Origin: a virus
Lineage: Duplodnaviria > Caudoviricetes
Virus record (IMG/VR): IMGVR_UViG_3300029288_000129
Location: 1 to 64,000 of that record
DNA: 64,000 nucleotides
Reading direction: 5' to 3' (one strand)
The notes below the pieces were generated by a model. It did no database searches. It was not told the DNA's origin and saw only the letters and a program-made list of their open reading frames with translations. Of the stretch, positions 1 to 10,453 are shown piece after piece. The position numbers and the translations under genes were made by a program. Each line of letters opens with the position of its first letter. Within the stretch, counting starts at the first letter, position 1.

Positions 1-157
1 CACCGGCACCGTAACCGTAACCGTAACCGTAACCGTCACCGTAACCGTAACCGGAACCGGAACCGGAACCGTCACCGGAACCGTAACCGGAACCGGAACC
101 GTCACCGGAACCGGAACCGTAACCGGAACCGGAACCGTCACCGGAACCGGAACCGGA
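1..157 (-). repeat. Hexanucleotide tandem repeat (GGTTCC/GGTTAC/GGTGAC on minus strand) encoding a Gly-(Ser/Tyr/Asp) dipeptide repeat
   Basis: Plus strand is a run of ACCGGA/ACCGTA/ACCGTC units that continues off the window edge. Confidence 0.95.
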
Positions 158-175
158 ATGTTCTTTGATGGACAT
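1..175 (-). CDS. Gly-rich repeat protein, 3' end outside the window (MSIKEHSGSGSGDGSGSGYG...)
   Basis: ATG at 175-173 overlaps the upstream stop (TAATG); frame open through the repeat; missed by the ORF track because it is truncated. Confidence 0.8.
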   Translation of the reverse strand, partial: MSIKEHSGSGSGDGSGSGYGSGSGDGSGSGYGSGDGSGSGSGYGYGDGYGYGYGYGAG

Positions 176-471
176 TACGCCCTCCATTTTGGAACGGCGC
201 GGATGTTTTTCTCGCCGTCTTTGGTCGTGGCTATAATCTCGATTGCTTCCGTCAGCGTGATTTCGCCGACAGGCACCGAAAACTTGCACTCGTCCGGGCA
301 TTTCACGCCATACATCGCCAGTTCAGAAAGACTCGCCGCGCCTTTCCAATACCAGATGCGCCGTGCATTTTTCAGCACGACTTCCTTTCCTTTCCGCGAC
401 ACCAGTTCACCGGCATGAACGCCAGCGGAATAGGTGCGGACAACAACATACTTCACCTTTTTCGCCGTCAT
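175..471 (-). CDS. DUF6948-like phage protein
   Basis: MTAKKVKYVVVRTYSAGVHAGEL...ARRIWYWKGAASLSELA; AGGAGG RBS before the ATG at 471; this family usually precedes GxG-repeat genes. Confidence 0.75.
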   Translation of the reverse strand: MTAKKVKYVVVRTYSAGVHAGELVSRKGKEVVLKNARRIWYWKGAASLSELAMYGVKCPDECKFSVPVGEITLTEAIEIIATTKDGEKNIRAVPKWRA

Positions 472-646
472 GGTAGCACCTCCTGTTATTCGTCGCAACT
501 TGCGACTATTATTTTCGCATCCCGCGCCACAGCGGAATCCACAAAGAGTTTCCGCATCTCCGCGTACTCGTCGAGGGCCGCTTGGTAGCAGGCCGCACAG
601 AGCGCGGGGTCGGGAGTAGTGATCGGGGAGACGCACTTCACGCAGT

Positions 647-1063
647 TCATTCTGCCTCCTTTATCGCATCGGGGTTTGTGCAACGCCCATCGTCTTTGTA
701 TGCACACTCACGCGCCGCAGTCGCAGACAGCGTGACATCGGGATACGCTACTTGCGCCGACACCCCGAACCGGCACGACTGCCAGCATGACGCATCGCAG
801 TAATGCTCGACGCGGCATAGGTTCTGTTTCACTTCGCCCTCCGCTTCGTACTGTTCGGGGAACATCTTGCGGTGTATCTCGCGGAGCATACAGGCAAGAT
901 CGGGGTCTATGTTCACCCATTGCGGCGTTGTCGGGACAAAATTCACCGGGTTTTTTTCACAGTCCGGGCAGATATTCTTCGCCGCTGTTGAAAAAGAGTC
1001 AAACCATGTCCCGCATTGGTGGCATTGTATTTTCACTTCGTCCTCCTCTTCGCTATATCCCAC
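647..1063 (-). CDS. Cys-rich (Zn-binding) hypothetical phage protein
   Basis: CxxC pairs; in line with the minus-strand gene run. Confidence 0.55.
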   Translation of the reverse strand: MGYSEEEDEVKIQCHQCGTWFDSFSTAAKNICPDCEKNPVNFVPTTPQWVNIDPDLACMLREIHRKMFPEQYEAEGEVKQNLCRVEHYCDASCWQSCRFGVSAQVAYPDVTLSATAARECAYKDDGRCTNPDAIKEAE

Positions 1064-1333
1064 AGTATGCGCATCACGCCGACCACAACGCCGAGCGTGA
1101 GAAGTAGTTCGGGTATGGTGATCATTCGTCGGCCTCTATTTCGTCGGCGGCTTCTATTAAACGATCCGCGATTTCTCGTAAATCCCTCGCATCCATAGCC
1201 CATCTATGTATCGTAACTCATTGACCACAGCATTTTGACGGCGTTAATCTATAGCCGCCGCCGTCTTCATGGTCAATGCAAATGCTCATAAAGTTTTTGT
1301 GTATTGGACATTGCGAGATTGCGAGATATTTCT

Positions 1334-1555
1334 TCATCGCTCGGCCTCCTTCAGTTTGTCGATCATAACCAAGCGCATACCCGTTAGTTCTTCCAGCGCG
1401 GCGGTGAGCGCGGCGATCTTCTCGGCGGCGGTGGGTGACAAGTCTCCTTCATCCGCGTCACAACGGTCTTTTTCTTCGCAACCAGAGCAATTAGGCGACC
1501 CGTTATCGCACAACGGGCAAAGCGTCTGAACAATTACTTCAAAAGTCGGCCTCAT
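1334..1555 (-). CDS. Small Cys-cluster hypothetical protein
   Basis: CPLC/CSGC motifs; ATGA overlap with the upstream gene. Confidence 0.55.
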   Translation of the reverse strand: MRPTFEVIVQTLCPLCDNGSPNCSGCEEKDRCDADEGDLSPTAAEKIAALTAALEELTGMRLVMIDKLKEAER

Positions 1556-1941
1556 AGCGTTTCCTCCTTCTTTATTTGTTTCAACACTTCGCGGTACTCT
1601 TTGCTTTCGTAGGTAACCGAAAAAAGGACACGCAGGCGGCGATACAGCCCTAACAGTCTATTCTGCTTTTCGATGAGGTCGGCCATTTCGGGAGCAAGGG
1701 CGATGAGCGCGGCGTTATGTTCGCTCGTAGGCCCATTCCCTACATGGCAAACATCGGCAGGGCCGTCTTCTTTCTGACAGAGTATGAAATAAAAATCATT
1801 CAGCGGACCGACATCGACACACCCTTGGACATATTCGCCTATTTTGTCAAGTGGCATGTCCATCGCTCCGCATTGCCACGGCCCCGGCGTTATGCTTTTC
1901 TTCAACTCTGCGATCCGCTCAACCAACTCCTTACTCATCAC
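1552..1941 (-). CDS. Phage 'TPGPW...LIALAP' family protein (Ead/Ea22-like)
   Basis: ITPGPW and NAALIALAPEM motifs; RBS present. Confidence 0.65.
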   Translation of the reverse strand: MMSKELVERIAELKKSITPGPWQCGAMDMPLDKIGEYVQGCVDVGPLNDFYFILCQKEDGPADVCHVGNGPTSEHNAALIALAPEMADLIEKQNRLLGLYRRLRVLFSVTYESKEYREVLKQIKKEETL

Positions 1942-2894
1942 TCGCCTCCTTTACATATCCTACAGGACAGGTTTTTATGTACTGACAAAACTCGTTCATC
2001 AGCGTACACCACACTTCCTTCGTGCAAGCGTTCGGCTCTGCCTTGTCGCAACCGGGAATCTGTTTATACATTGCTACCATCACCCTGCCTCCTTTACTTT
2101 ACTTTTGTATATACCTTGTCAATCGACCGCGCAAAAACTTCTGGCGCATACTTCCCCAAACTGATGCCGAGCAGTTCGCAGAAAGACCAAACGAAGCGAT
2201 AAAAATACTTCATGTTTCGACTCCTCTAACTATGCCAGTTGCCGTGCCGCAGGACACGCCCGGTGCCCCCGCAGGTAAAACGGCGTTATTTCTAATGTCC
2301 TGCCTTAACACACATTGCCCATCGTGCGTAACAAGAACTATCTAACGCACACCTTGCGGTTATTGCCTGCATTGCCTCTTGACATGCAGTATGATTATTG
2401 AACTTTTGCGTGATCGCTTCTGGACTTGATCCATACCAAAGCATAATGACTAGTACATACTCCATGCCTACCTCCAATTCCCGTTAAGCAGTCCGTATCT
2501 CGGCGCGTAGGAACACTCCTGCGCGTCCGGCATAAAGTTGGGAATGTCCCATGTCGAGAGTATCCCCGTTTTCTCGCACTGACAGGCACGGAGCGTGTAA
2601 AACTCATATCGCAGATTCCAACAGTCGCCCCTCTGAATCACACGCCGCACTTCGCTTGCCTGTTCGTCGGGGGTCATGTCGCCACCAATCGTTATCATCC
2701 ATGCGCAGAGGAGGGCGATCACGGCTTCACCTCGGCTTTTTTGCAGTAAACAGTTATCTTGCGGTGCTTGCAATATCTTTTCTTCGATGGTGTACTGCAA
2801 TAGTGTGGCGCGGCACCAAGACAACCAATAGCGATGCAATCACTTATCGCCTTGTTGCATATATATTTCGGCGTGTCTGGTGTCACCTTGAGGC

Positions 2895-3671
2895 TCACGG
2901 CTTCACCTCGCTTTTCCTCTTTATCTCTGCCGCCTTGACAAGAACTTTCTCTGGCATACCGTCCCATGTAATAAGAGCGTCCCACATCGCCGTCAACTCC
3001 GCGTTCTCATGCTCCAACCGTGCGATCTTCGCCTCTGTCCGCGTAGCCGCATCGCAGTTGCTTTTATTGATCTCCTCGGCCTTGGTAAGTCGGGCGCGGA
3101 GAATATCTTTATCTTTTAGAATCTCGGCTATCGTTTCCATCTTTGCATTAAGGCAAACGCGCAAAAAGCCAGCGTCATCCCCGCCCTGCTCCTGCGTGTA
3201 GGGGGCAAAGATTGTGCCGCAGTACCAGCATAGTGTCGTCGCTCCTATCGTCTTCCCGCACTTTGGGCACTTGCCGTCTGCGCGTCCAGTCAACTGCTCC
3301 TGCGTGGGTATCAGTTTGACAACTTTCTTTGAGCCGTCAATTGACCCGTCAGACGGCGCATCGTAGTGCGGGGGCTTCGGTTGAAAGTCGCATTTGTCTT
3401 TCGTCAATTCGGGGCAATCAACGCCATCATGCACGCACTCATCACATCGCTCCGTGTCGTTCGTGTAGGTCGTCCCTTCCGGGATTTCCTTGAGGTCGGA
3501 AACGGGCGACTGGCTGACCGCGCGGACGGATGGCATAATTTTTGGTAACTGGTATTCGCATAAATCTTCAAAAGCGCAATGCCATTGTCCATCGCCCATG
3601 CGTCGGTATAAACAGGCGTTCAACCCATACGCTGGCGCTATGCAGGTTTTCTCAATCTTTTTGTCACTCAT
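2895..3671 (-). CDS. Hypothetical protein with Zn-ribbon and coiled-coil segments
   Basis: 258-aa ORF, GGAG RBS, CPKC...CWYC motif. Confidence 0.7.
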   Translation of the reverse strand: MSDKKIEKTCIAPAYGLNACLYRRMGDGQWHCAFEDLCEYQLPKIMPSVRAVSQSPVSDLKEIPEGTTYTNDTERCDECVHDGVDCPELTKDKCDFQPKPPHYDAPSDGSIDGSKKVVKLIPTQEQLTGRADGKCPKCGKTIGATTLCWYCGTIFAPYTQEQGGDDAGFLRVCLNAKMETIAEILKDKDILRARLTKAEEINKSNCDAATRTEAKIARLEHENAELTAMWDALITWDGMPEKVLVKAAEIKRKSEVKP

Positions 3672-3766
3672 TCATTCGCCTCCTATCAAGTCCGCAATGT
3701 TTACCCCTTCTTTTCGCTCGTGTCGTATCCGCTCGCAATCATGGATTTCTCCCCACGGTTCACCCA

Positions 3767-3794
3767 ATTCTATTATTTGCGAAAGGATTGTCAA
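3767..3794 (-). promoter_or_regulatory. Sigma70-like promoter with a TTTCGCAA spacer motif
   Basis: TTGACA (3794-3789), 16 nt, TAGAAT (3772-3767). Confidence 0.65.
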
Positions 3795-3800
3795 GAAAAA

Positions 3801-4946
3801 TTAGCCGATGTTCTGCTCCAGATACTGGTTCGCCTGATCCTCGATGCCAAGACTGATACTGCCGAGGCCCCACAGTTTGAACACGGCGTTCATCTGTTGC
3901 GCCGCCGCCTCCGCACTCGGAGCCTTGAACACGAGGTTGACTCCGGCACAGAAGTTATCGCCCCGCAACATCGCGGAATAGTCGGTGCCGGTTATGCCGC
4001 CACCAATGTTCGCGAAACTCCCGTTCCGTATCTGTTGCGGGATCGTGGTGGTGTAAAATGCGAGGTTGTCGTGCGCCGCATATATGCCACCGCTATCACT
4101 CACGCTACCCGTAACGATGGGAGTCACTATAATGGTGGCCGATGTGTCCAGCAGCAGTTTCTTCCACGCATCAATGATCACCACGAGGTTGCCGAGAAAG
4201 TTAATGATGCGGTTAAACATCGCCTTGAGCCGTTCCGACAATAAGTATGCGTTGACCTGCGGAATATACTTTCCTTTCAAGGATTCGAGCCAATCCTTTG
4301 CCGGATCCGCGATGTCGGGGAACAGGTCACCGACACTATACTTCTGCCAGTTGCCCGGAACCGTGGCGTGGGTCCCCGCGATCTGTTTCTTTAGGTAGTG
4401 GCCCCAAAACTCTTCAACAAGATCACCGTAGTCGGTCACTCCGATCAGGCCCTTCAGCGCGTCGAGCCGCGCCGATTCCGCATATTTGAACATGTCTGCG
4501 ATCTGTTGCGCCGCTTGTCTGGCCTGAAACATGTTCTGGTAATTGACCATCAGTATGACCGCGACCATCGCCGCGCCACCCTCATCGTAGGGCCGGTTCG
4601 AGTCGTATTGGTTCTTGAGGTTGGAGTTGAACATGTTGAGGTAAGAGGAAAGCCCGCCTGCCACCGGCGCATCGGTGAGAAGTAACTGGTGGTACGATAT
4701 GTCAAAGGTCTGTATCAGCGCATCGATGGCCGCAGAGATCGCGGTGGCTATGCCCTGTAGCCCCACCAACGCAAAATCGGCCTTCGCTTGCAGGTCCGCT
4801 ACTTTCGCGGCGATATAGACCTCATCCCGCGTTGTCTCCAAAGTATTGTATATCTCCGGAATCGCGTCAAGTATCTTCTGTAAATCCTCACTGCCCTCTA
4901 GCAGGTTGCGGAGATTGATCTGGCCCACAAATACGGGGTTTGTCAT
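3801..4946 (-). CDS. Probable virion/baseplate-region protein
   Basis: 381-aa ORF downstream of the spike cluster; function inferred from position only. Confidence 0.5.
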   Translation of the reverse strand: MTNPVFVGQINLRNLLEGSEDLQKILDAIPEIYNTLETTRDEVYIAAKVADLQAKADFALVGLQGIATAISAAIDALIQTFDISYHQLLLTDAPVAGGLSSYLNMFNSNLKNQYDSNRPYDEGGAAMVAVILMVNYQNMFQARQAAQQIADMFKYAESARLDALKGLIGVTDYGDLVEEFWGHYLKKQIAGTHATVPGNWQKYSVGDLFPDIADPAKDWLESLKGKYIPQVNAYLLSERLKAMFNRIINFLGNLVVIIDAWKKLLLDTSATIIVTPIVTGSVSDSGGIYAAHDNLAFYTTTIPQQIRNGSFANIGGGITGTDYSAMLRGDNFCAGVNLVFKAPSAEAAAQQMNAVFKLWGLGSISLGIEDQANQYLEQNIG

Positions 4947-4953
4947 CTATTTC

Positions 4954-5592
4954 TTACCCTCCTTCGCCACCTTCCCGCATCGGATTTTCTTCATCAAAAA
5001 GAGCGGTTGCGTACTTAAAAATCGATTCCATGATCTCGCCATCAAATCGAACCGAGTTAATTGCCGATTTAACAGGGGCTGTCGCCGCAGGAACATCGGC
5101 ATCGTCGGCAAAAATAACGAGGTCTACCGCGCTCAAAAAACTTGCCGCATAGATATCACTTTCTCTTATCTCCGCGTGTCTGCGGCTGTCTTCAAATTGC
5201 CAATCTCTGTCCAGAAACTTCGCCATTGTTTCCTTGTTGGGATTGTCGCGATACTGCCGTATCATCTCCATGTTCTTTTTCACAGTGTTGTCTTCGGGAT
5301 ATTTTTTTTGGTAGATGGGCATCGCTTGCTCCACAGCGAATATGGCCCAAAGCAACGAACTCCTCGGAGACAACACAAAGTTTATTATGCGGATAAGGTG
5401 TTTGACTTCCTGCAAGTCGTTTCCGCGAGCCGCAGCCTCTACGAGAGACCACATATCTCTCTTCTCTTGCCTGCGGAACCAATCAATGGCATCGCTGTAA
5501 TAGTGCCTGCCATCGGGGTTCTCGTGCTCATGTTTTTTCTGTCTGTCTAGAAAATTCTCTATTTTCTCGTCCATGATCTTTTGTTTTTCCAT
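4954..5592 (-). CDS. Imm5-like helical domain protein
   Basis: WAIFAVEQAMPIYQKKYPEDN resembles the Imm5-like 'AE.VLPIFEK.YP.D' signature. Confidence 0.45.
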   Translation of the reverse strand: MEKQKIMDEKIENFLDRQKKHEHENPDGRHYYSDAIDWFRRQEKRDMWSLVEAAARGNDLQEVKHLIRIINFVLSPRSSLLWAIFAVEQAMPIYQKKYPEDNTVKKNMEMIRQYRDNPNKETMAKFLDRDWQFEDSRRHAEIRESDIYAASFLSAVDLVIFADDADVPAATAPVKSAINSVRFDGEIMESIFKYATALFDEENPMREGGEGG

Positions 5593-5593
5593 C

Positions 5594-6028
5594 TTAGGCC
5601 ACCTTGATATTCACGGGCATTTTCATAACCGCTGTAACCACAACTATGTTGTCGATGGTATCGTGAGGAAACATGGTAGTGCGGCCACAGTTAAGGGGAA
5701 GCCCCTCGAACTTGAGTGCATCGCCCTCAATATGCCACGGAGTATCTTCAATGTGTATGGCGGAATTTTCTTCTACAATCGCGCCGGTCTTCTTCGCCAC
5801 CCCTTCTTTGCGAGCCAACACGGAAAGTCCGATTATTGTCTCTTTGGGATCGCTTACGCCTAGAGACAGCGTAAGGCAAGTCACAAACGGAACGAGATTC
5901 CCTAAAAAATGGACCTCCGCGTCTGTTGCGGACACGCATTCTCCGCCGTTACGAAAAACAATCGTCCATGCTGCCGGTGTTCTTTTTTCTTCTCCCATCT
6001 TGTTCTCCATCATCAAGTTATTAATCAC
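5594..6028 (-). CDS. Hypothetical protein
   Basis: Tightly packed ORF in the minus-strand run. Confidence 0.6.
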   Translation of the reverse strand: MINNLMMENKMGEEKRTPAAWTIVFRNGGECVSATDAEVHFLGNLVPFVTCLTLSLGVSDPKETIIGLSVLARKEGVAKKTGAIVEENSAIHIEDTPWHIEGDALKFEGLPLNCGRTTMFPHDTIDNIVVVTAVMKMPVNIKVA

Positions 6029-6030
6029 GC

Positions 6031-6501
6031 CTATACATAGGCTCCGTTCACAAACTTGGCAAACGCCGACATCAGTTTCTGCACATTCGGGGTCTCGGGG
6101 AACCCGGCAAACGATGGATTGCTCGTGGTCAGCGAGGCCCTATATGCAGCGTAGATGATCGGTTGCAGTACCGCCGCGAGTGGCACCGAGGCCGGAGGCG
6201 GTATCGGTATCGGCAATGCGTATCCTGCCACGACAGCGGCTTGCGCCGTATCGAATCCTGCCGAGAGCCCGATCACCATACTACGGCTCGCGTACCGATT
6301 GTCTGCGAGCGGTCCACCGGCCACAGCCGCGAGTAGTCGTGTCGCCGATGGTGCGGGAACCGTAATGTACCCGGCCCCGAGTGTTGACACCACCACTGCG
6401 GCTTCCGCCAAAACAACGGTCCCCACCTTGTCCCATTCCGCCGTCATTCCGGGCAACGATTGCGGAAACTCCGCGAGTATGTAGGCACTCAACGGTATCA
6501 T
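6031..6501 (-). CDS. Probable spike-associated small virion protein
   Basis: Coupled (ATGA overlap) to the spike gene; Ala/Pro-rich. Confidence 0.5.
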   Translation of the reverse strand: MIPLSAYILAEFPQSLPGMTAEWDKVGTVVLAEAAVVVSTLGAGYITVPAPSATRLLAAVAGGPLADNRYASRSMVIGLSAGFDTAQAAVVAGYALPIPIPPPASVPLAAVLQPIIYAAYRASLTTSNPSFAGFPETPNVQKLMSAFAKFVNGAYV

Positions 6502-7655
6502 GGCACTTTTACTCCCGAGGAGAGATACGGGGTTGTTGGTGTGAGCCCCACCTTTGTTACCGGCATCCCCAGACTATCGATCAGCGAGGTCGGTTGCGCC
6601 AACCAGTTGAGGAAAGTTTCGCCTCGTATCACGCTCTGTGTCGCCGCAGCGGATTGTAAAAATACGGTGGTCGCGGCGAGCAGCGATGCTGTTTTCCCGG
6701 CCGTAAACGAGACATCGCCTTTCGGAGCCACCCCGCTGATACTGCCACTACAGGTCAGCAGTAGATCCTTCGCGGCCTTCAACTGTAGGTTGCCGCCCGC
6801 CATATATGCCATGTCGAGCAGAGACGACAATATGATGGCATCGGACGACGAGATATCGACGCGGCCCCCCACCTCGGCAATAAGTGAGCCTATACTCCCC
6901 ATCCTTATGCCGGACCCGCTGATGGATAGATAGTTCGCATCCTCTCCCCGCGCCGAGAGCCGTATCTGGTCCCCGCTACTCACCACGAACTTTCCTTTCA
7001 ATACGGTGAGCCAATCCCCCGCTATTTGCTGTAATATCCGGTTCCATTGCTCCACGAGGCTACCGTCCCGCGTCACCGTGGTGGAACTGTCTTTCATCTT
7101 CATCCGGTAGATAACGGTTGCGCCGGTAATAGCGTCCTTCACCATCGCCACATTCGGCGTATATTCGTTGGACAACGCATCACCGACAATGATCTGAAGG
7201 TCTTCGTCGCCACTCGTGACGATGAACCGTCCATATTCGTCCCACTTGGTCCGTGCGCCACGCCAAAAATCGTCGCCGCCATTCGCCGATGCCTGCATCA
7301 CCGTCTCGCCCGGAGTCATGCGGCTCATCTCCTTACGCACCGCCACCATCTTACAGATAGGCACCGGCATAAAGCCCATCACGATGTAGGTCGCCGACTC
7401 TTCCGTGCCTATGTTGCAAAGCAGTCCGATTGCTCCGAGTTCGGGTAGAGAGCCGACAAACTGCGATTTCCCCGCACTCGGCACGAGGTACGGCACCTTG
7501 ATATCGGTTCCGCTACTCATCAGTCGTATCACGAGGAGTCCGCTCGGGTACATCGAACTTGTGCCGTCACTATATTGTTCCCGCGCCATATCTATGCCGA
7601 TCACGGTGCCGAACTCAAAAGTCCCGTTGCGGGCGCGAAACACATCAGCCCACAT
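6498..7655 (-). CDS. Baseplate central spike (gpV/gp5-like OB-fold plus beta-helix)
   Basis: N-terminal GTVIGID...VIRLM...GSLPELGAIGLL; C-terminal repetitive beta strands; start refined to 7655 (AAGGGAGG RBS). Confidence 0.7.
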   Translation of the reverse strand: MWADVFRARNGTFEFGTVIGIDMAREQYSDGTSSMYPSGLLVIRLMSSGTDIKVPYLVPSAGKSQFVGSLPELGAIGLLCNIGTEESATYIVMGFMPVPICKMVAVRKEMSRMTPGETVMQASANGGDDFWRGARTKWDEYGRFIVTSGDEDLQIIVGDALSNEYTPNVAMVKDAITGATVIYRMKMKDSSTTVTRDGSLVEQWNRILQQIAGDWLTVLKGKFVVSSGDQIRLSARGEDANYLSISGSGIRMGSIGSLIAEVGGRVDISSSDAIILSSLLDMAYMAGGNLQLKAAKDLLLTCSGSISGVAPKGDVSFTAGKTASLLAATTVFLQSAAATQSVIRGETFLNWLAQPTSLIDSLGMPVTKVGLTPTTPYLSSGVKVP

Positions 7656-10398
7656 CGACCGACCTCCCTTGTTCCGATGGCATCCAATAACTGTTGCTGC
7701 TCGGCATCCCCTGTGCAAACAAGTCACGGGACGGGCTGGCGTATAGGTTGAACGGACGCACTGTTCTTTGAATATAGATGTCGCCTCTCGGGTTCCCCTT
7801 CTCCGCTGGCATTGATTGACAAATTTTCAACGAAGTACCGGGATCCTTTGGCCATGACTTGAGGCCGTTTTTGTTCACATAGGCAATGATTTCTTTTTGT
7901 GCCGTTGGCCAACCGCGATTATATCCTGCCAACATAAAATATATGTTACCTTTCAGTTTGTTGTAGCATATCCTTAAATATCCGGTCCCGACCATGATGT
8001 TCCAGTACGGGTCCGCTTTCGCCTGAGCAGCGGTTATCTTTGTTACGCCCGCTGGCGTGTCGCCGAACTCTTTTATAACATCAAGCAGAGCCCATTGCGT
8101 TATCTGCATCAGCCCGGTCGCGCCACTCAATTCCCCCTTTTCATTCTTGCCTCCCGCCTTGGGATCAAATTGACTCTCGTGGGCGATTATTGCCTTTATG
8201 ATGTCGGGGGCCATGTCGAATATGGTCGCGGCTTGCTGAATAATGTCGTCGTACATATTCTCTTTCGGCAACGGTAGTGTCGGCGTGTTTTTCGGCTCTT
8301 CTACTACTGCCTGTTCCGTCGCGATCTGTGACCGTATCTGTTGCACATATTGGCTGTCTTCGACGATATTGATCGCGTCAAGGTACGGGTAGCCGAGCCG
8401 TTCCGTAACGAGGTGTGCGGAGGAACAGGAGAGCGTCATCGACACATCGGCCTCGGTTTCTCCGAGCCTATACGCGCAGACCTTTGATGTGATCATCCAT
8501 AGTTCGCCCCGCTCCATCAAGAGTAGGTTACGGCAACAGTCGAGCCACGGCGCAAATACGGGGTTCAGCGTACCTGCCTTTCGCGCATAGTTGCGGAAAT
8601 CAAGGATTGAGTCCGCGTATGCGTCCAGTGCCGATTTGAGCCGTACCGCCTCACCGTTCGGGTTCCGTAACGCGAGGTTGAGACTGTGTAGGGTCGGTGC
8701 GGTCATGGATCGGAATCCGTATCTGCGCTCCGTCGCCGCGATCTCTTCGGATCGTAGAGAATCCTCGGGATTGTTGCCACTATATCCGGTCATCTCTAGG
8801 CCGCGCATCGTCTCGTCGCCGTCCTCGACATACTGCCACTTGGCCGGAGCCTCTACATGGGTCACTATGTTGGCTTCGGACACCGAGGAGTTGTATCCTA
8901 TCATGGTGTCGCCATCCATGATGTAGTCCGGCGCATCATAGTCCGTGGTGACACAGGACTCCGGCACTATCTTTTTGTCCGCATACGCGATGATCGTGAC
9001 CTGTGCCGCCGCATCGCGTTCCAACGCAGGGGCTTCCCAGTATCGCGGTATCTCTAGGATAAGGTTGCCCGCGTCGTCCTCGCGCACATTCCCGAGCATC
9101 GCCGAAGCCGCCTTATTCAAGATGTCGGCCGCACTCATGGTGCTGAACGAAAACGCCTGTACCGAGGATTGGAACCGCTTCTCGAATATCTGTAGCCCCG
9201 CATCGTCGCCGTACAGGTGCTTGATCAGATCATCGTAATAGACTCGCGGCAAGAGGCTGGCCACATTGGACCACGGCCCCGGACCTTCCTCAAAGAGTCT
9301 GGCGCACAACGCTTCATCGGCGCGACGCTGCGCAAATAAATCGCTACGAGAGTTCATGTATTCATGGCTCTGCGCAAACATCGCCTTTGTGTCTCGTATC
9401 CAAGTGTCGAAACTCTGCGGCCACGGAGAATCTTCTCGTAGCGTTCGCAAGAACTCTCGTGCCGACTCCGGCACCTGCGGCACCTTTGCTCCCAAGAGCC
9501 AGATCGGTGCTTGATAAAACACGGTATCGACACTATAGCCCTCGTATATGGACTGGAACACCTTCGATTGTCCGTACCGCGCAATTCTGCCGTACCACGA
9601 AAAGATCGCGTTGCTTATCCATGTGGTGTACAGTAACGCACCTATCGGCCCCAGATCGCCCAACACGCCTTCCTGCTGTGCTATCGCGTCAAGTGGCAAT
9701 ATGTGTCGCAACACGCGGTCCACGAACAGTTCGGATTGGGTGCGATAAAATGCGCCTTCAAACGGCTTGATATGCACCCGCGTCAACTCTAGGAGCCGAG
9801 AGAATCCGGCGCATTCGACCATAAACGATGAGTTGCCACTACCGTAATCCACCGTTTCACCGAATCCGGTTATGATGCCACCGATCCGATGGTAGCGCGT
9901 CTCCCCGCTATCGTCTTCCATCTTGATAATGGCCCATATCCGCTGCATCTCGCCCAGCACGAAGTCGTTCCCGAGCCCAAGGTCATTGGTCCCGTCACCA
10001 CGATACCCGTGCAGATACTCGGCATTTGCCGCCACCGACCTTGCCTTTGCCACCGCGTTCGGCGATATGTCAAAGGGGTCGGTCATCGCCCGCTCAGAAT
10101 ATATGCGGTTCAGGTAGTCGCGATTATGCCGCACCGTATTGGGACTGGGGCGCGGCTTCGATACGCCTCGGGGCTCCACCACCGATGAGGTCATCACATT
10201 GCCGGGATTCGCAAAGGAGATGCGGAAGTTTTTCCCCAGTTCGGCGGAATTGTTCCAATCCACGGATTTGAACCCGTGAACCTCCAGTAGTTTTCCGGTA
10301 CTAAAGGTTAGGCATTCCGGGTCTGTTTTTAGTTCGGCGGGGCTATACAGTTCCTCGACGAAAACCTTTGCATCTATTTGTTTTCCCACATAGTTCAA
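7645..10398 (-). CDS. Tail hub-like protein with C-terminal lytic transglycosylase (SLT) domain
   Basis: IKAIIAHESQF (catalytic E), GATGLMQI, NIMVGTGYL, AGYNRG; directly upstream of the spike gene. Confidence 0.8.
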   Translation of the reverse strand: MNYVGKQIDAKVFVEELYSPAELKTDPECLTFSTGKLLEVHGFKSVDWNNSAELGKNFRISFANPGNVMTSSVVEPRGVSKPRPSPNTVRHNRDYLNRIYSERAMTDPFDISPNAVAKARSVAANAEYLHGYRGDGTNDLGLGNDFVLGEMQRIWAIIKMEDDSGETRYHRIGGIITGFGETVDYGSGNSSFMVECAGFSRLLELTRVHIKPFEGAFYRTQSELFVDRVLRHILPLDAIAQQEGVLGDLGPIGALLYTTWISNAIFSWYGRIARYGQSKVFQSIYEGYSVDTVFYQAPIWLLGAKVPQVPESAREFLRTLREDSPWPQSFDTWIRDTKAMFAQSHEYMNSRSDLFAQRRADEALCARLFEEGPGPWSNVASLLPRVYYDDLIKHLYGDDAGLQIFEKRFQSSVQAFSFSTMSAADILNKAASAMLGNVREDDAGNLILEIPRYWEAPALERDAAAQVTIIAYADKKIVPESCVTTDYDAPDYIMDGDTMIGYNSSVSEANIVTHVEAPAKWQYVEDGDETMRGLEMTGYSGNNPEDSLRSEEIAATERRYGFRSMTAPTLHSLNLALRNPNGEAVRLKSALDAYADSILDFRNYARKAGTLNPVFAPWLDCCRNLLLMERGELWMITSKVCAYRLGETEADVSMTLSCSSAHLVTERLGYPYLDAINIVEDSQYVQQIRSQIATEQAVVEEPKNTPTLPLPKENMYDDIIQQAATIFDMAPDIIKAIIAHESQFDPKAGGKNEKGELSGATGLMQITQWALLDVIKEFGDTPAGVTKITAAQAKADPYWNIMVGTGYLRICYNKLKGNIYFMLAGYNRGWPTAQKEIIAYVNKNGLKSWPKDPGTSLKICQSMPAEKGNPRGDIYIQRTVRPFNLYASPSRDLFAQGMPSSNSYWMPSEQGRSVDVG

Positions 10399-10422
10399 GA
10401 CCGTCTCCTCGCGACTCGCCTC

Positions 10423-10451
10423 ATGGTACTAAAACTGCGAGGAAATGTCAA
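10423..10451 (-). promoter_or_regulatory. Sigma70-like promoter upstream of the hub/SLT gene
   Basis: TTGACA, 17 nt containing CTCGCA, TACCAT. Confidence 0.55.
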
Positions 10452-10453
10452 GA

